Part shown: positions 1 to 8,440 of the stretch, piece by piece | How positions within the stretch are numbered: position 1 is the first letter of the stretch | Layout of the letters: each line of letters begins with the position of its first letter | From: Alphaproteobacteria bacterium | GTDB taxonomy: Bacteria > Pseudomonadota > Alphaproteobacteria > Rs-D84 > CASDRH01 | Reading direction: 5' to 3' | DNA length: 32,000 nucleotides | NCBI GenBank assembly: GCA_025210155.1 | Contig: JAOASE010000010.1 | Span: 55,587 to 87,586 of the forward strand | Notes under the pieces: generated by a model | Told to the model about the DNA's origin: nothing | Databases searched by the model: none | Seen by the model: the letters and a program-made list of their open reading frames with translations, nothing else | Translations under genes and position numbers: made by a program

Positions 1-1160
1 AAATCTTGAAAAACAAACTATTAAAGAAAGAAGAAGTAATCGTTGAAGGTGTCCTAGAAATTTTACAAGACGGTTTCGGTTTCCTAAGAGCTGCAGATCA
101 AAACTACCTGTCTGGTCCAAATGACGTATACGTTTCTCCTGCACAAATCAAAAAATCAGGACTTAAAAAAGGTGACACAGTTGAAGGTAGTGTAAAAATA
201 CCAAAAGAAAAAGAAAAATTCTTCGCTCTTAATGAAGTTTTAACTGTTAACGGAGCAGATATCCAAAAAGCTAAAAGAAGAATTAAATTCGAAAACTTAA
301 CTCCTCTATTCCCAGATGAAAAACTAAATCTAGAATATATGGATGCCAATAGCAAAAATGGAAAACTTAACCTAACTACAAGAATTATCGACATAGTTTC
401 ACCTCAAGGTAAAGGACAAAGATCTCTAATCGTTGCCCCTCCAAAAACAGGTAAAACAGTAATGCTTAAAGAAATTGCTCACGCTATTACAGAAAATCAC
501 CCTGAAGCATACCTAATGGTTCTTCTAATAGACGAAAGACCAGAAGAAGTTACAGACATGAAAAGATCTGTAAAAGGTGAAGTAGTATCTTCTACTTTCG
601 ACGAACCAGCACAAAGACACGTAAACGTTGCTGAAATGGTTATCGAAAAAGCTAAAAGATTAGTAGAATACAAAAAAGACGTTGTTATCCTTCTAGACTC
701 AATCACTAGACTTGGAAGAGCTTACAACACTGTAATTCCTTCATCAGGTAAAGTATTAACTGGTGGTGTAGACGCAAACGCATTACAAAGACCAAAAAGA
801 TTTTTCGGTGCAGCTAGAAACGTAGAAGAAGGTGGTTCTCTAACTATCATATCTACTGCCCTAGTAGAAACTGGTTCAAGAATGGACGAAGTAATCTTCG
901 AAGAATTCAAAGGTACTGGTAACTCTGAAATCGTATTAGATAGAAAAATCTCAAACAAAAGAGTTTACCCTGCAATCGACGTTGTTAAATCAAGTACAAG
1001 AAAAGACGATTTACTTGTAACTGATGGCACTATGCAAAAATCTTGGATCTTAAGAAAAATCTTAAACAATATGGGATCTGAAGGCGCAATAGAATTCTTA
1101 ATTGATAAAATCAAAAACACTAAGAATAATGACGACTTTTTCGAAAACATGAACCAATAA
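1..1160 (+). CDS. rho: Transcription termination factor Rho, 5'-truncated by the window edge
   Basis: The frame of ORF 6..1160 is open to the left edge and the usual ~45 aa N-terminal helical domain is missing. RNA-binding motif [12 protein letters not shown], Walker [34 protein letters not shown]. Confidence 0.95.
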   Translation, partial: ILKNKLLKKEEVIVEGVLEILQDGFGFLRAADQNYLSGPNDVYVSPAQIKKSGLKKGDTVEGSVKIPKEKEKFFALNEVLTVNGADIQKAKRRIKFENLTPLFPDEKLNLEYMDANSKNGKLNLTTRIIDIVSPQGKGQRSLIVAPPKTGKTVMLKEIAHAITENHPEAYLMVLLIDERPEEVTDMKRSVKGEVVSSTFDEPAQRHVNVAEMVIEKAKRLVEYKKDVVILLDSITRLGRAYNTVIPSSGKVLTGGVDANALQRPKRFFGAARNVEEGGSLTIISTALVETGSRMDEVIFEEFKGTGNSEIVLDRKISNKRVYPAIDVVKSSTRKDDLLVTDGTMQKSWILRKILNNMGSEGAIEFLIDKIKNTKNNDDFFENMNQ

Positions 1161-1182
1161 TAAAATTATAGGTAATACATAA

Positions 1183-2022
1183 ATGGATATTTTATTAATA
1201 GGAATACTAATTTTCATTAGCAAATTCTTTATTATGGTAACGTTAAAACCATGTGCTGATCATTTTAAAAGTAAAGAAAACACTTACTTTATTAGTACAT
1301 GGATTTTACTAAGTGGAACTGTAGCTATAGTATCTTCTTGGGAAGGCGCCAAACCATTTTTATATTCACCCCTATTAATATTCTCAGTATTAAAAGGATT
1401 CATTGTTTGGAATTCAACTAAAATAAGTACTGAAATTCTAAAAGAGAACGTATCATCTATTTCATTCCAACATTTCATATCTCTTGGAGTAAGTGCTTTA
1501 ATACTTAATGCATTTTTTGGAGAAACTCTATCAATAATAGCTCAGCTATCCATTCTATTTATGGGAATTTTAGGACTATTATTCTTCATAGTTGGACCTG
1601 GATCTAAACTATCAAAAGAAGGTCTTAAAAGATTAACAAAACTAATCTTCCTAGTTATGTCATTAATAATTATAGACCACATAGTTATAAAAAATACTCA
1701 TTGGGCATTACACCTTTTTATATATGCTGTATCATTCTTTACAATTTCACTTATATCATCTCACTCATTAAAAAATTGGGAAAAGATATTTATACAAAAA
1801 GAAACACTAATAGCTGGTTCAGTAATAGCATTCGCAGAAATCCTATTCATGTTTTCTATGAGCTTAATGCCTATCAGCTTAGCGGTATTCTTCGCAAGAT
1901 TAACTATACCTCTTATAATGGTTTATTCTTCTATAAAATATAAAGAAGACAAATGGTCTCATGAACTATTTTTTGGAGCTCTAGCAATAATATTTGCCTT
2001 ACCAATAATCTTTGATATATAA
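1183..2022 (+). CDS. Polytopic integral membrane protein (about 9-10 predicted TM helices), family not identified, possibly DMT-like
   Basis: 279 aa, hydrophobic almost throughout. Starts 23 nt after the rho stop and is followed by a terminator at 2027-2056. No diagnostic motif recognised. Confidence 0.6.
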   Translation: MDILLIGILIFISKFFIMVTLKPCADHFKSKENTYFISTWILLSGTVAIVSSWEGAKPFLYSPLLIFSVLKGFIVWNSTKISTEILKENVSSISFQHFISLGVSALILNAFFGETLSIIAQLSILFMGILGLLFFIVGPGSKLSKEGLKRLTKLIFLVMSLIIIDHIVIKNTHWALHLFIYAVSFFTISLISSHSLKNWEKIFIQKETLIAGSVIAFAEILFMFSMSLMPISLAVFFARLTIPLIMVYSSIKYKEDKWSHELFFGALAIIFALPIIFDI

Positions 2023-2026
2023 AATA

Positions 2027-2056
2027 AACCTCCCACCGGGAGGCTTTTATTTTTTC
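2027..2056 (+). terminator. Rho-independent terminator
   Basis: Stem cctccc(2029-2034)/gggagg(2038-2043), loop accg, then a T-run at 2045-2055. Confidence 0.8.
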
Positions 2057-2059
2057 TAG

Positions 2060-2087
2060 TTGACATTTAAGTTTTTATTCTTAACAT
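2060..2087 (+). promoter_or_regulatory. Sigma70-like promoter for the 2128 gene
   Basis: TTGACA 2060-2065, 16-nt spacer, TAACAT 2082-2087. Confidence 0.5.
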
Positions 2088-2127
2088 TCTTATTGGAAAA
2101 GTTAAATTTGAACCTAAAATTATTAAA

Positions 2128-2739
2128 ATGTACAATCAAAAAAAAGTAGAAATTTTCTTTTATTTTAAAAACAACATTCTTAAAGTCAGATTCCAAAACA
2201 ATAGATACCCTCTTAATGAAGGTCCTATGGAAAAACTATTTCTTCACAGGTTATCCTGTATGGAAAAACCCCTCACTGTAGGAAGCTCTCTATGGGGATT
2301 AGAAGAAACTGACGAATTAAATGGGGATGATATTTTAAAAGAAATCCATCTATTAAAAAAAACAACACAGCTAAAAAAACACGATATATCAATATCAAAA
2401 GAAAATGATAAGTTTATGATAAATTTATTCGGACAATATTCTTTTGATATTAAAACACAAGAGAATAGAATACTCTTTAAAATCGTAGATGATTGGCGAG
2501 ATAGCTTTAACATACTAATTTCTGGAAATGAAATGATTAGAGTTAAAAAGCCAATATTGACTAAGCTAATCAAAGCAATAGTCAATACATCTTCGTCTAA
2601 GATTATAGATATTAACAACTTCATAGATAAAAAACTTATAGAATTAGAAAACAATGAATTTTCAAATAAAAAATCTAGAAGTATAAAATATTTAGATAAA
2701 AGAAAAAAACGAAGAAATAGTCAACCACATATGCTGTAA
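2128..2739 (+). CDS. Hypothetical protein, 203 aa, basic C-terminal tail (KKSRSIKYLDKRKKRRN)
   Basis: Long ORF bracketed by its own promoter and terminator. No recognisable domain. Confidence 0.55.
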   Translation: MYNQKKVEIFFYFKNNILKVRFQNNRYPLNEGPMEKLFLHRLSCMEKPLTVGSSLWGLEETDELNGDDILKEIHLLKKTTQLKKHDISISKENDKFMINLFGQYSFDIKTQENRILFKIVDDWRDSFNILISGNEMIRVKKPILTKLIKAIVNTSSSKIIDINNFIDKKLIELENNEFSNKKSRSIKYLDKRKKRRNSQPHML

Positions 2740-2741
2740 AT

Positions 2742-2773
2742 AAAAAAGCCCCAAACGGGGCTTTTTGTTTTTT
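2742..2773. terminator. Bidirectional rho-independent terminator
   Basis: Stem gcccc(2748-2752)/ggggc(2757-2761), with an A-run upstream and a T-run downstream, so it can work on both strands. Confidence 0.8.
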
Positions 2774-2786
2774 ACTTCAAAGCAAT

Positions 2787-2815
2787 TTAGCAGAAATTTT
2801 CAAAGATTTTATAAT
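2787..2815 (+). promoter_or_regulatory. Candidate promoter reading into repeat copy A
   Basis: TTAGCA 2787-2792, 17-nt spacer, perfect TATAAT 2810-2815. The predicted start (~2822) coincides with the left end of repeat A. No equally good promoter is visible before the other copies. Confidence 0.3.
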
Positions 2816-2821
2816 AGCAGA

Positions 2822-2949
2822 TTAAACAAGTATTTTGTGCGAGTGGAAGCAAAAGTGCTTGAGAATTTTGGTGTCGTGTATAGATAATACTCGACTGCCA
2901 AAAGTCAAAAGTACTTTTTACAATCAATCGTGCAAAAGACGCCGTTTAA
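2822..2949 (+). repeat. Long-hairpin dispersed repeat, copy A (A/B subfamily)
   Basis: Termini attaaac...gtttaat. Central stem ggtgtcgtgtat(2870-2881)/atactcgactgcc(2887-2899), loop agata. About 80% identical by eye to copy B. Right end abuts the envZ-like stop codon (2950). Confidence 0.9.
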
Positions 2950-4290
2950 TTAGATAGGTAAAACAATCTTAACTCTCAACCCCTTCAACGAATGACCATC
3001 TTTAAGATAAATATCTCCACCATGAGCCAATACAATCTCCTTAGCAATAGCAAGTCCAAGACCTACTCCACCAGTCTTTGTATTTCTAGAAGTTTCAATT
3101 CTAGCAAATGGTTTGAACATCTCATCTCTCTTATCTTCAGGAATACCACAACCATCATCTTCAATATTAACTACAATATTATCTCTTTCTTTTCTCATCT
3201 TAACTAAAACAGTAGTATCAGCGTATCTAACAGCATTCATGATAACATTATTAAGACATCTCTTCATAGCTTCCGGTTTAAGATCAACCTTTTTATCAAG
3301 ATGAGCAAACTTACAAACAAATTTCTTATCAAAAGAATTAAATCTATCAACTACATTACCAAGAAGATCTTCTACATCAACTTTCTTAGTAGTTTCACCA
3401 CCCTCTCCTTTAGCATATTCAAGGTATTCATCAATCATTCTCTTCATATCTTCAATTTCTTCATTAAGGTTTTCTTTTAAATCTAAATCTTTAGTCTTTT
3501 GAACTTCTAAAAGCATTCTAGTCAAAGGAGTTCTCAAATCATGAGATATAGCAAATAACATTTTCATTCTATTATTAAACACTCTTGTAATTCTGCTTTG
3601 CATTTGTAAGAAAGCATTTCCTGTTCTTCTGATTTGACTAGCACCACTAGGAACAAAACCAACAACCTCTTTACCTTTACCAAAATCTTCAGTAGCTTGC
3701 GCAAGATCTTCAATAGACCTAACCTGCCCTCTTATAAACGGATAAGCTATAAGAACAGCAAATATACCACCAAAAATTATCCAAAGGAAAACAACTGCCG
3801 TAGAACTAGTAAATAACTTCTTCAAAGAAGACTCAACAACAAGCAATCCACCATTAAAATTAACTTCTGTTCTCAAATGCTTCATTTCTTCATTAGCAAT
3901 AATATTATAATTACCATCACCAAATTCTTGTCTGAAAGCTTCTTCTGCATTAGGATAATTTCTAATCAAATATGGATAAAGATTTTCCTTCTTTACAAAT
4001 TCAGTATTTGGAAAATAACTAACATCCATATCTTCTATCTCTTTAAAATAAGACTTAATCCACTCTTGGTTTCTATCTTCAAAATCTATAAAGTATTCTG
4101 CAGATTTAATAGAATTAACATAATAATTAACCAATCGTTTAGAAACTGTATCCCAGTGTCTATCATAGAATACATAACCAACAATAGTTTGTAACATAAT
4201 CATAGGAATAATCAAAGAAAGCATCGTTCTTCCCATCAATCCTTTAGGTAAAAATCTCTTAAACATATGTCCTATAAAATTCATCTTCAT
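2950..4290 (-). CDS. envZ: Two-component sensor histidine kinase, EnvZ-like
   Basis: H-box FAISHDLRTPLTRM; ATPase motifs NAVRYA, DDGCGIP, GGVGLGLAIAKEIV; two TM segments. Start set at ATG 4290 (MKMNF) behind RBS aaaggtga; the TTG at 4320 is unlikely. Confidence 0.85.
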   Translation of the reverse strand: MKMNFIGHMFKRFLPKGLMGRTMLSLIIPMIMLQTIVGYVFYDRHWDTVSKRLVNYYVNSIKSAEYFIDFEDRNQEWIKSYFKEIEDMDVSYFPNTEFVKKENLYPYLIRNYPNAEEAFRQEFGDGNYNIIANEEMKHLRTEVNFNGGLLVVESSLKKLFTSSTAVVFLWIIFGGIFAVLIAYPFIRGQVRSIEDLAQATEDFGKGKEVVGFVPSGASQIRRTGNAFLQMQSRITRVFNNRMKMLFAISHDLRTPLTRMLLEVQKTKDLDLKENLNEEIEDMKRMIDEYLEYAKGEGGETTKKVDVEDLLGNVVDRFNSFDKKFVCKFAHLDKKVDLKPEAMKRCLNNVIMNAVRYADTTVLVKMRKERDNIVVNIEDDGCGIPEDKRDEMFKPFARIETSRNTKTGGVGLGLAIAKEIVLAHGGDIYLKDGHSLKGLRVKIVLPI

Positions 4291-4350
4291 ATCATCACCT
4301 TTTCTTATTTTTAAAATCAAATTTTCTTAACTGTCATCTAACATTATATT

Positions 4351-4480
4351 TTAAACAAGTATTTTTGTTCGAGTGGAAGCGAAAATGTTTTTCAGATTTG
4401 GTATCGTGTATAAATAATACTCGATCGCCAAAGATTAAAAATATTTCTCGCAATCAATCGTACAAAAGACGCCGTTTAAA
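4351..4480 (+). repeat. Long-hairpin dispersed repeat, copy B (A/B subfamily)
   Basis: Termini ttttaaac...gtttaaaa. Central stem ggtatcgtgtat(4400-4411)/atactcgatcgcc(4417-4429), loop aaata. Lies between the ompR stop (4482) and the envZ start (4290). Confidence 0.9.
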
Positions 4481-4481
4481 A

Positions 4482-5204
4482 TTAAAAAGATATAAATTTA
4501 TATCCCTTATTTCTAACCGTCAATATAAAGTTAGGCTTCTTAGGATTTATTTCTATCTTCTTTCTTAATCTAGTAATTTGAACATCAACTGCTCTCAAAC
4601 TCTCTGATAAATTCAGTGCCTCAGCTAATTGTTCCCTAGTTAAAACTTCATCTCTATGATTTATCAAAAACGATAACAAAACCCCTTCAGAGTAAGAAAG
4701 AGATATAGCCTTATCAGCCTTAACTAACGAATTTCTTGAAAAATCAAACTCAAATTCTTCACCAAAAATATATTTATCACTATCATTATAAGACTTAGTC
4801 TCTACTCTCTTATAAACCCTAGTTAAAATATTTTTAATTCTCAAAAGAAGTTCATCTGGAGAAAACGGCTTAGCTAAATAATCATCCGCCCCAGCTTCTA
4901 AACCTTTAATTTTACTTTCCACTTCATCCAAAGCAGATAACATCAATATTGGGAAATTATAATTTTTAGATCTAAGCTCTTTAACAAGATCAAAGCCATC
5001 CATACCAGGCATCATAGCATCTAAAATCATTATATCTATAGATATTTTAGAAACAACTCTAAGGGCCTCATCCGCATCTTTAACACAAGAAACAAGATAA
5101 TCGTCATTATCCTTAATAAAAGAAGTCAATAATCCTCTAAGCTTTTCATCATCATCAACCACTAAGACATGGTATCTTTTTCTAAATCTTCTATCATTTT
5201 CCAT
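4482..5204 (-). CDS. ompR: OmpR-family response regulator
   Basis: Receiver domain (HVLVVDDD, ILDAMMPGMDG, KPF) plus winged-helix C-terminus (VQITRLRKKIE, LTVRNKGYKF). Start at ATG 5204 behind RBS gagg. Confidence 0.9.
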   Translation of the reverse strand: MENDRRFRKRYHVLVVDDDEKLRGLLTSFIKDNDDYLVSCVKDADEALRVVSKISIDIMILDAMMPGMDGFDLVKELRSKNYNFPILMLSALDEVESKIKGLEAGADDYLAKPFSPDELLLRIKNILTRVYKRVETKSYNDSDKYIFGEEFEFDFSRNSLVKADKAISLSYSEGVLLSFLINHRDEVLTREQLAEALNLSESLRAVDVQITRLRKKIEINPKKPNFILTVRNKGYKFISF

Positions 5205-5293
5205 ATTCAACCTCACTTAAAACAATTATAATACAATACCGAAAATCAATTCAAGTAAAAAAGCTATTATAATATATCTTATATATATAGTAA

Positions 5294-5319
5294 TGCCGAC
5301 CAAGAAAACAAGGTCGGCA
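5294..5319 (-). terminator. GC-rich hairpin downstream of the 5346 gene, possible terminator
   Basis: Stem tgccgacc(5294-5301)/ggtcggca(5312-5319). No clean T-run on the minus strand. Confidence 0.35.
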
Positions 5320-5345
5320 CTTCAAATAATTAGACTTTTTTCCTA

Positions 5346-6449
5346 TTATTCTCTTCTAGCTCCAGGAGTTCCAGGTGTTAAATCTTCAGACGTAACTTCT
5401 CTAACTCTCTTAAAAGAACTTGAAGTTATAGTTCCACCTTTAATCTCTTTAGAGAAAGAAGACTCTTTATATAATTCTTTCTTTTCAGTAGAAATAGGAA
5501 TCACTTTATATCTTCCAGGAACAACATATTCACCACCATCTTTAGTAGTATCTGATTTTTCTTTTTCTACAACAACTTTATTACCTTCTGGGAATTTCAT
5601 TAAGAAATATCCTGTTTTACCAGCATTAGCACCACCTTCAAAGTTAAAAGTATAATATGCACCAATCAAGTTGTAATCTAAATCAATATAATCAATATTA
5701 TAAATAATGTTACCAATAACGTTTCTAGAAGAATTAAGATCACAATAATAATTACCACCAACAACAACAATAGAATTAGAACCTCTAACTTCTATTCTGT
5801 TATTATAAGCAGTACATTTTGTCTTAATACCATTAGCCAACAAGTTTGGTTGTAAAGCAAATTCTAAACTTTTGAATTGTTTGTCATGATCCAAACCATA
5901 AATAGTCGCAGACATTAAATCGAAAACAACTGGAGTACCTGCACCAACATCCGCAGCTACTTTAATACCAGAAGTTAAACAAGCTCTGTTATTAGGATCT
6001 GCTTCACAAATCGCAATATTAGAATGTTTATTATAATAAAACATTTTAAACAAATTAGAATACAAAAATTCTGAAGTAGTCTTACTATTCACTCTTGTAC
6101 AATTAAAATCTCTACAAACCACAGTTGGCTTTTTTGCGAATCTAAGATCTTCATTATAAATAGTCTTATTTTGCATTGCATGATTTAACTTTTGTTTAAG
6201 CACCTCATTTTCATATTCTTGTTGATGAAGTCTCATCTCCAAATCAGCATTCATTTCTTCCATACTATTAATTTCTCTTTCGTATTCACTTTCAACACCT
6301 AAGAAATCACTAACTTGAACATCTTCATCGGTAGATAAATTTTTCTCATCACCACCAAAGAAAAAGAATGAATTAGATGTATTTGGACATACAAAAAAAG
6401 AACCAAAAACAACAGCTAAAGCAAAATAACTATTTCGAAGCTTAACCAT
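5346..6449 (-). CDS. Hypothetical exported protein, 367 aa: signal peptide, coiled-coil segment, Cys-containing C-terminal domain
   Basis: N-terminus MVKLRNSYFALAVVFGSFFVC looks like a signal peptide. RBS aggagag precedes ATG 6449. No recognised family. Confidence 0.6.
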   Translation of the reverse strand: MVKLRNSYFALAVVFGSFFVCPNTSNSFFFFGGDEKNLSTDEDVQVSDFLGVESEYEREINSMEEMNADLEMRLHQQEYENEVLKQKLNHAMQNKTIYNEDLRFAKKPTVVCRDFNCTRVNSKTTSEFLYSNLFKMFYYNKHSNIAICEADPNNRACLTSGIKVAADVGAGTPVVFDLMSATIYGLDHDKQFKSLEFALQPNLLANGIKTKCTAYNNRIEVRGSNSIVVVGGNYYCDLNSSRNVIGNIIYNIDYIDLDYNLIGAYYTFNFEGGANAGKTGYFLMKFPEGNKVVVEKEKSDTTKDGGEYVVPGRYKVIPISTEKKELYKESSFSKEIKGGTITSSSFKRVREVTSEDLTPGTPGARRE

Positions 6450-6546
6450 AAAACTCTCCTAAATTTATTTTTTCATACTATAATGATACTAAATTTTAGA
6501 ACAAAAGACAATTAAAAACTTCATTTTATCAAACCCCTCTCCTGTC

Positions 6547-6567
6547 ATCCCGGACTTAATCCGAGAT
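6547..6567. other. Short GC-rich hairpin module in AT-rich spacer
   Basis: atcccgga-cttaa-tccgagat: 8-bp stem with one mismatch, preceded by tgtcat. Confidence 0.4.
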
Positions 6568-6834
6568 CAACAAGAAATTTAAAGCAAAACCACATATTAA
6601 TTCCCAATTTTTTCAAAGAATTAAAAATAAATTGCAACAGTAGATTAAAGTTCTTATTGCAATTCCAGAACAAATCAATAAAATAAACCTTAGAGAACAA
6701 AATTTCTCAAAAATTTTTACACACATTTTACAGAAATGAAAAACTTCATAAAGCAATCTTTCCACATAACGTTTTGGATAATTTGCTTTAAAGAAAAATG
6801 TTAAAAAAAACGAATTTTACTTCTGCACTTTTTC

Positions 6835-7019
6835 CAAGTATTTTGTGCGAATGAAAGTAAAAAGTATAATATAAAAATTTTAACTCTCGGAGTTTTGGTA
6901 ATTTTGCTTCAGATAGAAGTAAAAATGATTTTTAGATAAAGTATCGCGTATAAATAATACTCGATCGCTTTAGATAAAAATTATTTCTTACGATTAGATA
7001 AGTAAAATCCCCAAAACCC
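6835..7019 (+). repeat. Long-hairpin dispersed repeat, copy C (duplicated left arm)
   Basis: Central stem aagtatcgcgtat(6939-6951)/atactcgatcgctt(6957-6970), loop aaata. Two tandem left-arm modules (6835-6890, 6900-6938). Right tail aaaatccccaaaaccc ends 23 nt before ATG 7043. Confidence 0.85.
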
Positions 7020-7042
7020 TTAATTAAAAAGAGGAATAAAAA

Positions 7043-7672
7043 ATGGATATTACTATTAACGGCGAAGAAGGTCTTCTTCAAGCTGGATATCATAAAAACG
7101 AAGAAAAAAATAAGAAAATAGCTGTAATACTTTCAGACCACCCAAAAAGAGGTAGTCACATGAACGACAAAGCCATCTACACGCTATATCACACTTACAC
7201 ACTACAAGGTTTCAACGTTATTAGATTTAACTACAGAGGCGTTGGTCTTTCTAAAGGTGAATTCTCAGGTAACGAAGGAGAAATCACAGATGCTGCAAAC
7301 ATCCTAGACTGGATGGAAAAAACAAATGACAAATACGAAGAAGTTCACGTAGTAGGAATCGGCTTCGGTTCATGGTTAGCATTACACCTTTTAATGAGAA
7401 GACCTGAAATTACAAATTTCGCCCTAATCTCTCCAATCGTAGAAGGATATGAATTCAACTTTGTAAACCCTTGTGCTGCTAATGGTATTATCGTAAAAAC
7501 AGAATGCCAAAAAGAATCGCAAAAAGAAAAGATTAAAAAACTTTATAAAGATTTAGAAAAAATGAATTCTGGTGAAACAAAACTTATAAGAATGAATACA
7601 TGTTGTTGCAAATTCGAAAGTAAATTAAAACCACTATTCGATAACATGCAAGAATTCATAACAAAGAAGTAA
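7043..7672 (+). CDS. Alpha/beta-fold hydrolase-like protein (resembles the COG2945 type), catalytic residues apparently absent
   Basis: RBS aagagga. Family-like blocks HPKRGSHMN, VIRFNYRGVGLSKGEFS, DAANILDWM. The nucleophile elbow reads GIGFG rather than G-x-S-x-G. Confidence 0.6.
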   Translation: MDITINGEEGLLQAGYHKNEEKNKKIAVILSDHPKRGSHMNDKAIYTLYHTYTLQGFNVIRFNYRGVGLSKGEFSGNEGEITDAANILDWMEKTNDKYEEVHVVGIGFGSWLALHLLMRRPEITNFALISPIVEGYEFNFVNPCAANGIIVKTECQKESQKEKIKKLYKDLEKMNSGETKLIRMNTCCCKFESKLKPLFDNMQEFITKK

Positions 7673-7687
7673 AAAAAATATTTCATT

Positions 7688-7714
7688 GTCATTGCGAGCA
7701 GAGCGTGGCAATCC
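7688..7714. other. Short GC-rich module (gtcattgcgagcagagcgtggcaatcc)
   Basis: GC-rich island in an AT-rich spacer. attgc/gcaat can pair. Begins tgtcat, like the 6547 module. Confidence 0.35.
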
Positions 7715-7726
7715 AGAAAAAATAAA

Positions 7727-7750
7727 AGCACCACTACGGTGCTTTTTTTA
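7727..7750 (+). terminator. Rho-independent terminator of the hydrolase-like gene
   Basis: Stem agcacc(7727-7732)/ggtgct(7738-7743), then a T-run to 7749. Confidence 0.75.
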
Positions 7751-7795
7751 CAAAACTTCAGTAACTAAAACATCATAACAACTGAATCTTTACAT

Positions 7796-7836
7796 TAAAA
7801 AAGAGTCGTAAGTACCTACCCCGACTCTATTTTTTA
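7796..7836. terminator. Bidirectional terminator
   Basis: Stem agagtcg(7802-7808)/cgactct(7822-7828), A-run before and T-run after. Serves the minus-strand gene ending at 7842. Confidence 0.6.
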
Positions 7837-7841
7837 AAATT

Positions 7842-8231
7842 CTAATTTTCAACTAATTCAAATCCAAAATTCTCCCCCTCTTCTAGAGAAGGACCTGGAA
7901 AGCAGTATCTAGCGATTCTTCCTTTTTTTATTTCAACCTCTCTTCCAGAAGTCAATTTAATAAAAATATCATCCGCTAAAACCTCAACGCGATCTTCAGT
8001 CCAATTTATAGGCATAAAAGATACATACAAAGGCAAATCTTCAGAAGTTTCAATTAACCCCTGAAATTCTGTTCCTTTTTCAATAATAATTGAAGCTCCA
8101 GATTCAAATTTTATTAAAAAACTTTCTTTTACAAAATCTTCTTTAATATAATCCCCAGGATTCCATTTTTCTTCGCAAGAAGGTAAAAATAAGATTTGTA
8201 ACAAAACAAAAAATACTAATAAACTTTTCAT
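7842..8231 (-). CDS. Small putative lipoprotein or secreted protein, 129 aa
   Basis: Signal peptide MKSLLVFFVLLQILFLPSC with a lipobox-like LPSC. Own promoter and terminator. Confidence 0.55.
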   Translation of the reverse strand: MKSLLVFFVLLQILFLPSCEEKWNPGDYIKEDFVKESFLIKFESGASIIIEKGTEFQGLIETSEDLPLYVSFMPINWTEDRVEVLADDIFIKLTSGREVEIKKGRIARYCFPGPSLEEGENFGFELVEN

Positions 8232-8335
8232 GGCTCTATACTTTTTTAGTTTTTTTAAATTTAATATTCAAATTTATTATTTTTTATAGAGGTGTCCTCT
8301 CCTCTAAAAATTTAATAATTAATAAATTAAAACAA

Positions 8336-8363
8336 AACATACCACAAACATCTTATTTGTCAA
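8336..8363 (-). promoter_or_regulatory. Sigma70-like promoter for the 7842-8231 gene
   Basis: Minus strand: TTGACA (8363-8358), 16-nt spacer, TATGTT (8341-8336). Confidence 0.45.
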
Positions 8364-8440
8364 GTTTTTTGTCTAAAAAAGAAAAAATCCCAGAAAAATT
8401 TTATTTCCTGAGACTTTAAATCTTGAAGATTTGGTTACTT

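Noticed and set aside
104-1150. Minus-strand ORFs inside rho: 104-394, 497-706, 722-958 and 965-1150.
   Set aside because: They lie entirely within the well-supported rho frame on the opposite strand, which is typical of AT-rich shadow ORFs. The same reasoning applies to 1284-1478, 1701-1943, 2244-2654, 2992-3207, 3113-3304, 3634-3816, 3877-4194, 9692-9886, 12495-12689, 21840-22040, 22593-22793, 25300-25494, 25690-26064, 27306-27521, 28838-29146, 30671-30901 and 31599-31811.
5293-5655. 120-aa plus-strand ORF.
   Set aside because: It starts within the hairpin downstream of the 5346 gene and is antisense to that better-supported exported-protein gene, which has an RBS and a signal peptide.
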